Assembly (NCBI RefSeq): GCF_000196355.1
Contig: NC_007614.1
Coordinates: 600,001-632,000 of the forward strand
Source: Nitrosospira multiformis ATCC 25196
GTDB lineage: Bacteria > Pseudomonadota > Gammaproteobacteria > Burkholderiales > Nitrosomonadaceae
DNA length: 32,000 bases
Direction of reading: 5' to 3'
In this document: positions 9,339-17,542 of the stretch, piece by piece
Layout of the letters: each line of letters begins with the position of its first letter
How positions within the stretch are numbered: position 1 is the stretch's first letter
The notes under the pieces: model-generated
The model's database searches: none
The model's input: the letters and a program-made list of their open reading frames with translations, nothing else
What the model was told of the DNA's origin: nothing
Made by a program: the position numbers and the translations under genes

Positions 9339-9974
9339 ATGTCTAGAGAACTTGATCGTCGGGATTTCAGTACGAACAAGGTAACGCCGGTGCAAGAGGC
9401 TGAGCTGAACTCACGCGCCTCGGACGTCTCAACTCGTCTTCCTGGAGGACATCCGGTCCGAATTTCGAGCTTCGATGCAACTACCGGCAACCCCAGGGTG
9501 ATCACCTCGGACGGTGCGTCGGCAGAGAAGGGTAACTACATTCCGCGAGCCTTGGACCACGTACGGAGTGTTAGTGGGGTTTTGGGCTTGGCTGTAACCC
9601 AACCGCCCGAGTTTACGGTTGATCCCCATATCCAGGGGACCAGCAGTGGCGCCGTAATCGTTCACCTGCAGCAGCAATATAAGGGAATCCCCATCTTCCA
9701 GGCGGCGCAAGCCGTGCGCTTTAGGCCTGGCTGCGCGGCGCCCTGTGCTTGGCCTGGGAGGTGATCCTGGCGATGCCCGGCTACCAGGGTCAGTACCGCA
9801 CGATTGTGGATGCCGACAACGGCGAGGATACTGTACTGCCACCAGATGGTGCAGACAGTGGCAGCACGCGGGAATGTTTACCGTGTCGATGGAGGACCGT
9901 GGCTGGACTTCAAGTTTCTCTTCGGCAGCAGGAATCTTGCCGGAGAGGACCGCATCTACGCTGCGGTTGCCTAA
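9339..9974 (+). pseudogene. M36 (fungalysin-type) metallopeptidase propeptide (FTP) fragment, frameshifted
   Basis: MSRELDRRDFSTNKVTP...GNYIPRALDHVRSVSGVLGL...YKGIPIFQAAQAVRF, then a frame change to MAWEVILAMPGYQGQYRTIVDADNGE, then another to ILYCHQMVQTVAARGNVYRVDGGPWLDFKFLFGSRNLAGEDRIYAAVA*. No HExxH catalytic domain follows. Confidence 0.65.
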
Positions 9975-10089
9975 CCACGGCTTCGGCTTCCAGCCGACGC
10001 CAAAATCGGGCGTGGCTGAAGCGCAGCCCCCTTGTATACCCCTAAATCCTACCTATAAGAAAAGAACTTCAGACGTATTTCAGGAATGA

Positions 10090-11751
10090 CTAAATGGTTA
10101 CACCGTTCGGAATGAATCTTGGATTCATGCGATCATAGGCGAAAGAACGTCTGCTATTTCTTTGGTCGATTTCCTCTTCTATTTCCTCCAGCCTGTCCCC
10201 AAACCGCTCTATCACCTCGTGTGCTTCAGAATCGAATTGCTTTAAGTTGTACTGACCGATCGAGTTGACACAAAAATTTGTCAGAAAATAGGTCCAGGTT
10301 TGCGAATAGGCGGCTCGAAAGGTCGGCAGAAACTTCAATAAGCCAGCTCCATCAATTTCAGCGTTTTTTCCAGCCGGGGGCGGCGCATAAGCTGAATGCG
10401 GCATATTGGGAACGAATCCCGGATACTTGTATTGGTTGAAGTGAATGCAGGAATGAAAAGCAGTACATAGAAAAATGATATGACCGAGAGTCTCGCTCAG
10501 CTCTTGCCTGGATTCGAATCGGGCAGGAAACCCGGGAATCCTGCCCCGATCCTGCGCACTGATATCATGTGCCCATGCCTGAGTTTCATAGTCATCAGTA
10601 ACATCCGCTTCAGATTTGTAATATAAATCGACATATTCTTTACTGAAGCTTTGAATCGCATTCCATAACAAAATGCCATCATCGCGATAGGGATAAAAAA
10701 GATCAGGATTATCGACTTCCCGCCTCGCAATATCATCGGAGAAGGCGGATTCTTTAAAATTAAAGCTTGTCATGCCATTGGCCATGCATTGCGTCATCGA
10801 GTCATAGTCTCCGGCAAATAACTCACCGTACCGGCCGGGTCGTCCCTTCCGGTCTTTCAGGAAAGTGTGCTGGTGATTGACATTGAGCGTGTGCTGAAGA
10901 TGCGGATTCAATAGAACGTAAAGCGGGTGAGATTTATAAAGCTGTCTTCGTGAAGCCATGATAATGGCTTCCATCACGTAATGAATACGGGTTGCATGGG
11001 TATACAGGATGTGATGGTTGCCATCCGCGACCTGGGCAAACATTTTTGCTGTCAGCCAGAGATTACCGTCTTTTGACGTATAGATTGGATTATCGGACCT
11101 GTCATCCTGGTATAGCTGGATGGCAACCGGCCGCAGCATGCCGTCCGGTTGCAGAAACAACACGACGATCGGAGTCGTGACATATTGTTTTTGCCCGTCG
11201 ATATAACCCGGATTTGACTGCAATACATCCAGGACTGCATAGTCCAGGACGTATATGCGTTTTTGCGCGGTGGCAGCCATATAATCGATTTCATCAATCT
11301 GCTCTTCAAAAATTTTTCGCATTTCTGCTTCCGGCAGTTTTTCCGGTAGAGGATTCTGACGGGTTACAGCGCGCAACATCACAGGATTTACTCCAATGAC
11401 GCGTTGCAGGCCAAATATCAGGTCTTGCTGGAAGCTATCCACGAGATCGGGGTTTGGAGGACTCGCCGGAAAAAAAACATAATCCCGATAACTTTCCATC
11501 GGCTTGCCGAGCAAGTAGCGTAAAAAGGTAACCGATAGGCTGGGTAAACTTGGAATCAGCCGTAAAAGATTCATTCCCCCACGGAGCCAATATCCAATGC
11601 CCGGTATCTCCCGCCATGGCAGTTTGCGCGCGACTGCAATAGTCTCGGCATACTCATAGGCGTATTGATACTCAGCTTGCCTTTGAAGAAGATAATTCTT
11701 CCGCTCTTCTTTACCTGTATTTTCTTCATTCTGCGGTAGCTTGTTCGACAC
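10090..11751 (-). CDS. Bacterial lipoxygenase (non-heme iron dioxygenase)
   Basis: Iron-ligand pattern: YTHATRIH (HxxxxH), AFHSCIHFNQYKYPG (HxxxH) and C-terminal Ile in MNPRFIPNGVTI; also HPLYVLLNPHLQHTLNVN. Confidence 0.93.
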   Translation of the reverse strand: MSNKLPQNEENTGKEERKNYLLQRQAEYQYAYEYAETIAVARKLPWREIPGIGYWLRGGMNLLRLIPSLPSLSVTFLRYLLGKPMESYRDYVFFPASPPNPDLVDSFQQDLIFGLQRVIGVNPVMLRAVTRQNPLPEKLPEAEMRKIFEEQIDEIDYMAATAQKRIYVLDYAVLDVLQSNPGYIDGQKQYVTTPIVVLFLQPDGMLRPVAIQLYQDDRSDNPIYTSKDGNLWLTAKMFAQVADGNHHILYTHATRIHYVMEAIIMASRRQLYKSHPLYVLLNPHLQHTLNVNHQHTFLKDRKGRPGRYGELFAGDYDSMTQCMANGMTSFNFKESAFSDDIARREVDNPDLFYPYRDDGILLWNAIQSFSKEYVDLYYKSEADVTDDYETQAWAHDISAQDRGRIPGFPARFESRQELSETLGHIIFLCTAFHSCIHFNQYKYPGFVPNMPHSAYAPPPAGKNAEIDGAGLLKFLPTFRAAYSQTWTYFLTNFCVNSIGQYNLKQFDSEAHEVIERFGDRLEEIEEEIDQRNSRRSFAYDRMNPRFIPNGVTI

Positions 11752-11822
11752 GAGGCACTCCTTTAAAAATAAGGTTTTCGCCTGGTTTCCATAGCCTTTC
11801 TATGTGCCCTATCTTTCACTGA

Positions 11823-13418
11823 TCACTGGACAGAGGTATTGAAGCTTGCAAGGACCGTATCGCTATCCCTTACATTACGTTTGACGATATCCGCAAGTGA
11901 GCTTGTTTCTTCAATAACGGATTGCCCAACTTTTGAAAATGTTTTTTCATTGTGTACATAAATCGATACAAGCGGGTTTGTCAGCGCATGGGTAAACGCA
12001 TCGTACCCCACCATCCGTACCATAAGGCGTCCAAGACTGAAGCCTTCATCATGATCTTCAGCAAATATGCCCACCTGCCACTCCAGATCGTCGATTCGGT
12101 CGTTATAAAGATCCTTCAGTTCCCGCTGTAGTTCGTTGTCTTCCGTCAATTCTTCGAAACTCCGTAAACGGGGCATGCTGAACGCTTCGCGATAGTCATT
12201 GAAAGGGCGCAGTCTGGCCTGCCGTCCCATTGCGATGGACCGCTCCATGACACTTCGATTATCGTCAGCAATGGGCAGCGGATAGAAAAAATAATCGTGC
12301 GTATTGTGAAGACCAATACGGCCCGCTCTTTGCATCGATGCAGCCGTTATCAACCTTCCAATGCCGTGTTGAATTACCAGCGGGGTATTGTTGCGAAACG
12401 CATCCAGCGGATAGGACTGGTTACCGACTCTGTAGCTTTCCGGGACCATGGAATGCCACCGGTACAGGAGGTTGAATTCCAGAGAGATCCAGTTGGTGCG
12501 GTACCAGCGTTGCCTTTCCGCCAGATCAGGGGATGGGTCGAGGGTAAAACCAAACTGTGTAAAACGCGAAACGTAATCTGCCAGAACCACTTTGATCAGC
12601 AGCACGACCATGATGTTTCTTGCCGTCTGAAACAGGCGTTCATCATCCCATTTTGGGTAAGCTTCTTTTAGCAGGTCACAAATCCGGTTGTGTTCACGCA
12701 GCATCACGGTATTCATTATGGTATAGCCAACCGATGAGTTGCCGTGCTCCAGTCCGGCGGCAAACACGCGTTTCAACCGTTCCTCGGGGACATTGCTAAA
12801 AACAAAATCCAGAACCTCGCGGGGATGCAGCTTCTCGAATTCTTTATCTGCGAATACCCAATTGCCCGTGGTCGTTTCCTCCACGTTAAAAAGGTAGGGA
12901 GGAAAAATTTCTCCACCGATAATCTGGGACTTCAGCTTCCCATCTTTTTTCAGCCGTAAATAATGCGTGATTTCTTCCCGCAAACCATAGATCTGGCAAA
13001 GATCGATTTCATGGTTCGATGTATTTTTCCGGCGATCGCGAAAATCCGTCCTGAGGAAACTATCGGTAAACCACTGGGCAAAGAAAGCAAACAGTATGCT
13101 TGTATCGACCGAAGGTATTTCCTTGTTCTCTTTTCTTCGCCATAAATCCACGACTCTTTGCATGTCCGGAAGATTCTGATCGCCTTCCGCCTCCGCCAGG
13201 TGGCGTCCGGTAAATGACTTGTCAGTCAACGATTGCCATGTCGTATAAGATGAAGCCAGCGAGAACGGCCGGGGCCGAGGATTGGTGGAATAGGCTTGCC
13301 AATTGATAAAAGCGTCACTGATAAACCGCCGTAACCATGTTATCCGCGAAACAATTCTGACGAGCCAGGGAAATCTGTTTGCAATCCGAAACAGGATCGG
13401 AAAAAAGAATTCATACAT
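11823..13418 (-). CDS. Cyclooxygenase (prostaglandin G/H synthase)-like heme peroxidase/dioxygenase
   Basis: FAFFAQWFTDSFLRTD, IDLCQIYGL...GKLKSQIIGGEIFPPYL, MLREHNRICDLLKEAYPKWDDERLFQTAR, ADYVSRFTQFGF and EFNLLYRWHSMVPESY resemble animal COX-1/COX-2 segment by segment. An amphipathic N-terminus resembles the COX membrane-binding domain. Confidence 0.9.
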   Translation of the reverse strand: MYEFFFPILFRIANRFPWLVRIVSRITWLRRFISDAFINWQAYSTNPRPRPFSLASSYTTWQSLTDKSFTGRHLAEAEGDQNLPDMQRVVDLWRRKENKEIPSVDTSILFAFFAQWFTDSFLRTDFRDRRKNTSNHEIDLCQIYGLREEITHYLRLKKDGKLKSQIIGGEIFPPYLFNVEETTTGNWVFADKEFEKLHPREVLDFVFSNVPEERLKRVFAAGLEHGNSSVGYTIMNTVMLREHNRICDLLKEAYPKWDDERLFQTARNIMVVLLIKVVLADYVSRFTQFGFTLDPSPDLAERQRWYRTNWISLEFNLLYRWHSMVPESYRVGNQSYPLDAFRNNTPLVIQHGIGRLITAASMQRAGRIGLHNTHDYFFYPLPIADDNRSVMERSIAMGRQARLRPFNDYREAFSMPRLRSFEELTEDNELQRELKDLYNDRIDDLEWQVGIFAEDHDEGFSLGRLMVRMVGYDAFTHALTNPLVSIYVHNEKTFSKVGQSVIEETSSLADIVKRNVRDSDTVLASFNTSVQ

Positions 13419-13762
13419 AATCTCCTACCCCTTCTTCGCGTAGTTGGCAAATCACCCCTGAATCCATATTCTTGTTTTTAGAACGTGGTATGCACGGGTA
13501 GAGAGATCGACAAGCCAGCGATGAATTGCTCATTTTCCGACTCTGTCAACCTGCATGCTCAAATGGCTGCTTTTCGCCGCCTAGGCTGGAATCGGAAGTC
13601 CCGCGACCCGCACAAAAACATGCTTTGTCGTAAATATCGTCAATTCACAATAGTTCATAAAAAAGGGGACGTCAAAACCGGTGATCTGTTGTAAAAGCTG
13701 AAAAATAGCCTAATATCAGAATGCGAATGCAACGTTATCCCGGCTCATGACAAGAGGTTCCG

Positions 13763-15859
13763 ATGTCCCCTTCCCACCAGCCCCCGGAAAGTCAGCCCAC
13801 TGTCAAAGTTTTTGACCCGCTGGAGCTTGACCGTTCCGTGATTGCCATTCCTCTTCTGCGGCAGATGGAGGAGGAATTAAGAGGAATTGAAGCTTTTCGG
13901 GCTGCACATCCGTTCCCCGAAGATGGAGAATTCAATACGCTGATCGAATACAACAGGGAATTCGATGGAAAGCCGGAGGAGATGCGGGAGTTGGTCGTCA
14001 AGATGGCCGAAGAGGCGGCAGCGAAGGCATTGGAAGCATCGAAAAAACGAGTCGAAGAGAGCAAGGAGATAGCCCCAGCGGGAACACGGGGCACGCCGGT
14101 GCGCGGTGGCTCGACAAGGAGTCGGGCTGATATTTACGGAAATCCTTTTTTGATGGAGCAACGGCGCGACAAGGATCTCCAGGAAGCGGTCGGGAATCAG
14201 AAAATCGGACCGGTCTCGGAGGACGGCGCCTATAGCTTTGCCAGCTTGCACGCAACCATAATACGGCGAATATTAGCCGCAAACGAACGGCTGTCACAGG
14301 GTGAGGAAGCTTCAAAGAAACCACCTATCCTTCGGATCCACCCTACACGTTATGAGGTCATCATCGATATCAATCTCGAATATCCGGGTGGACGGGAAGA
14401 GGCCCGGCGCTGGATTTACCAGAATATCGAAGAGGCCAAGAACAAAGCGAAAGTGTACGACGCGGGTCAGGATATTCATCTCAAGAAGGAACAGCGCGAA
14501 AGCGGCTACATGTTCGCCTGCCTGGAAGCTCGTACCATCAAGGCGCTTATCGAACTCGATGTTGCCCAGGCAAAGGTGAAGGCGCGCGAAGCTCAGGCAA
14601 AAGTGGGGGATACGAGCCATGAAGCGAAGGCTCGTGCAGCAAAAATCAACCCGGCCAAGTTTCGCGCCATCTTCCGCATATGGCCGGATTTCGAGATTTC
14701 TGCCTCCATCACCCACTCCATCGCCACGATAAAAGCCGATGCAGCGCAGAATTCTTTTTCCGCGCGGGGCGCCGGAATCACCTGGGCGGTGATGGATTCA
14801 GGAATAAAGCAGGATCATGGGCACTTTCGCAAACACAACAATGTCGATAAAGACTCCACATGGCATAAAGACTTCACGGCGGACGGCAGCGATCCGTTCA
14901 ACGATGAGAACGGGCATGGAACGCATGTGGCAGGCATCATTGCCGGCGAATGGCGTCCGGCAGGTGCACCAGGAGGGACACAAGTGGCCGCGCCAGCGGA
15001 GGTTTCACCTCCGGCGGGCGATTCCGCCGCACCATCCCGAATTCCTGTAGCGGTTTCCCGTTATCTGAAAACGGGTTCCGAAGATGTCGAATACCAGCAG
15101 ATAAAACTCGTGGACGGCATCAGCGGGATGGCGCCGCGCTGCAAGCTGATAAGCCTGCGGGTGTTGGACGAAAACGGAAAAGGGAGTGTGAGCAATCTCA
15201 TTGCGGCCATCGCCCATGTGCAGGAGATCAACGGTTACGGCCGAAAGCTTCTGATCCACGGAGTCAACATGAGCCTGGGATATACCTTCGAGCCCGAATG
15301 GTTCGCCTGCGGCCAGAGTCCGCTCTGCGTGGAGGTTGACCGGCTGGTAAAAACCGGCGTCGTGGTCGTGGTCGCCGCAGGCAATACAGGTTACGGCACG
15401 TTGAAGGCCGCCACAGGCGCGCTCTCGGCAGGAATGGCGCTGACCATCAATGATCCCGGCAATGCGGAACTCGCCATTACAGTGGGTTCGACCCACCGCG
15501 ACATGCCGCACGTTTACGGGGTTTCCTATTTTTCCTCGAAAGGCCCGACAGGCGACGGCCGCCTCAAGCCGGACCTCGTCGCGCCCGGCGAAAAAATCAT
15601 CTCCTGCGCCACGGGTCAGTTAAAAAGCGAGGGCGCACAGGGGATCGAATGCGACTACGTCGAAACCAGCGGCACGAGTATGGCAGCTCCCCATGTCAGC
15701 GGCGCGATCGCAGCGTTTCTCTCGGTGCGCACCGAGTTCATCGGCAAGGCAGAACGTGTTAAAGAGATTTTCGTTGATACGACTACTGACCTGCGGCGCG
15801 ACCGCTACTTTCAGGGCAGTGGTCTCGTTGATCTGATGCGCGCTATTCAGTCGGTGTGA
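13763..15859 (+). CDS. Subtilisin-like (S8) serine peptidase, no evident signal peptide
   Basis: Catalytic triad segments WAVMDSGI (Asp), ENGHGTHVAGIIAG (His) and SGTSMAAPHVSGAIAAF (Ser). Confidence 0.92.
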   Translation: MSPSHQPPESQPTVKVFDPLELDRSVIAIPLLRQMEEELRGIEAFRAAHPFPEDGEFNTLIEYNREFDGKPEEMRELVVKMAEEAAAKALEASKKRVEESKEIAPAGTRGTPVRGGSTRSRADIYGNPFLMEQRRDKDLQEAVGNQKIGPVSEDGAYSFASLHATIIRRILAANERLSQGEEASKKPPILRIHPTRYEVIIDINLEYPGGREEARRWIYQNIEEAKNKAKVYDAGQDIHLKKEQRESGYMFACLEARTIKALIELDVAQAKVKAREAQAKVGDTSHEAKARAAKINPAKFRAIFRIWPDFEISASITHSIATIKADAAQNSFSARGAGITWAVMDSGIKQDHGHFRKHNNVDKDSTWHKDFTADGSDPFNDENGHGTHVAGIIAGEWRPAGAPGGTQVAAPAEVSPPAGDSAAPSRIPVAVSRYLKTGSEDVEYQQIKLVDGISGMAPRCKLISLRVLDENGKGSVSNLIAAIAHVQEINGYGRKLLIHGVNMSLGYTFEPEWFACGQSPLCVEVDRLVKTGVVVVVAAGNTGYGTLKAATGALSAGMALTINDPGNAELAITVGSTHRDMPHVYGVSYFSSKGPTGDGRLKPDLVAPGEKIISCATGQLKSEGAQGIECDYVETSGTSMAAPHVSGAIAAFLSVRTEFIGKAERVKEIFVDTTTDLRRDRYFQGSGLVDLMRAIQSV

Positions 15860-15897
15860 TTTTGAAAGTATAAAAAAGAGAAAAAAGGAGCACGGCC

Positions 15898-17214
15898 ATG
15901 AATGAAATCGCGGGAATTCCTTATGTGGAAGCAAGCTTCGACAAGAACGGTCAGGGTCCTGAAGAGGAGGTCGCTCTGCCTGCCGGGGTGACCGACCTTA
16001 TCATCATGTCGCACGGCTGGAACAACAACAAGTCCAAGGCAGAAGATCTGTATAACGGTTTTTTTGCAAGCTTTGCCGCTGCCGCCCAGCCAAACGATTT
16101 ATCCGCCCGAAAGCTTGTCATTCTGGGGGTATTCTGGCCATCCAGGGAATACGATACGTCTGTTGCCGTTTCAGGTACTCCTGCCACTGGGGGAGGCGGC
16201 GCCGCCCTCGGGGGTGGAAACGGCGGTTCGATCAAGCGGCTGGAAGAGAAACTGGACGACATGAAAGAAATCTTCACGGAGGCGGAACAGAAGAAACTTC
16301 TTGATGAGGCGAAAGCATTGCTTCCGGATCTCGAGGAAAAAGCCTCGGTCCGGGATCTATTTGTGAACAAAATGCGCTCCCTGCTCGATCCGAGCGCTGC
16401 AGGAAAAGAGGATGCGTCCAATATCTTCTTCAAGGATGGCGGCAACGAACTGATGAAAAACCTGAAGGCCGAGGAAGAGGATCTGGGCGAGGATGTCGCG
16501 GGAGGCGGGGCAGCGTTGCCGCTCGGGGTGAGCACTCCTGCGCGGGCAGAAGGCGGAGCGGCGGGATTGGTAGAAATTCTTTCGGGATTCAAGGCAGCTG
16601 CCATAAACCTGCTCAACTATACCACCTACTACGAGATGAAGACGCGATCGGGAACCGTTGGAAAGAACGGGGTTGCCCCGCTGATCGATAAACTTGCCTC
16701 GCAGGTCGAACGCATCCATCTGATCGGGCACAGCTTCGGCTGCCGTGTCGTCACCTCGGCGGCACTCGGCTCGAAAACCGACAAGATAAAAAGCATGATA
16801 CTCCTCCAGGCGGCCTTCTCCCAGAACGGTTTTTCAAAAATTGAACAGGGATTTTACCGTGCGATCGTGGATAATCATCGAGTCAAGGGCCCGGTCCTTA
16901 TCACGCATACGCCCAATGATAGAGCAGTAGGTCTGGCGTATCCGCTCGCATCTCGCATCAGCGGCGACAAAACCATGGCGTTCGGCGATAAGGATGATCT
17001 GTTTGGAGCGATGGGCCGTAATGGAGCGCAGAAAATGGAGCAGGGCGAAGCCGTCGAAGGCAAGCTGCTTTCCGTAGGCGGCCCCTATGCTTTCAAGGCC
17101 AATACTTATTTCAATCTCGAAGCCAGCGATTTCATCAAGAACCACAACGACATAAAAGGGAAGGAAGTTGGCTACGTGGTCCGCAAGGTCGTCGCAACCG
17201 CAGGAATGGGCTAA
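15898..17214 (+). CDS. Alpha/beta-hydrolase fold protein
   Basis: MSHGWNNNKSKAEDLYNGFF and nucleophile elbow IHLIGHSFGCRVVTSAAL; late VLITHTPNDRAVGLAYPLA; 38 nt downstream of the subtilase. Confidence 0.8.
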   Translation: MNEIAGIPYVEASFDKNGQGPEEEVALPAGVTDLIIMSHGWNNNKSKAEDLYNGFFASFAAAAQPNDLSARKLVILGVFWPSREYDTSVAVSGTPATGGGGAALGGGNGGSIKRLEEKLDDMKEIFTEAEQKKLLDEAKALLPDLEEKASVRDLFVNKMRSLLDPSAAGKEDASNIFFKDGGNELMKNLKAEEEDLGEDVAGGGAALPLGVSTPARAEGGAAGLVEILSGFKAAAINLLNYTTYYEMKTRSGTVGKNGVAPLIDKLASQVERIHLIGHSFGCRVVTSAALGSKTDKIKSMILLQAAFSQNGFSKIEQGFYRAIVDNHRVKGPVLITHTPNDRAVGLAYPLASRISGDKTMAFGDKDDLFGAMGRNGAQKMEQGEAVEGKLLSVGGPYAFKANTYFNLEASDFIKNHNDIKGKEVGYVVRKVVATAGMG

Positions 17215-17220
17215 TCGCCA

Positions 17221-17260
17221 GCAGAGCCGCCGAAGGATTCAGGGCGAACGGAGGCTCTGC
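17221..17260. other. Inverted repeat after the hydrolase stop codon, possible terminator or mRNA 3' stem-loop
   Basis: gcagagccgcc ... ggaggctctgc: 11-bp arms with one mismatch, starting 7 nt after the TAA. No clean U-tract follows on the plus strand. Confidence 0.4.
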
Positions 17261-17542
17261 GTGATTCTGTCGAAAAAAAACCGGCAGGATTGAAAACTTT
17301 TGCTCCCGGCGCGCATCTAAGAGTTGGGTTTTTCGAGACATCCTGCGGGGTCGTCTCGATGACAACAAAACCCTCGTCATCATTGATAGCCTCTTCTCTT
17401 TATCGTCAGCCGTTTTGCTCAGGTGGAACGCGCCTGCCAGCCTGCTGAAAATACGTTTCGGGCTATAATTTGATGACCGATATGCATTGAGATTGGCCTC
17501 GCCAAGTCTCATGTCTTTCCTGCTTGCCTCAAGAATCATTTC

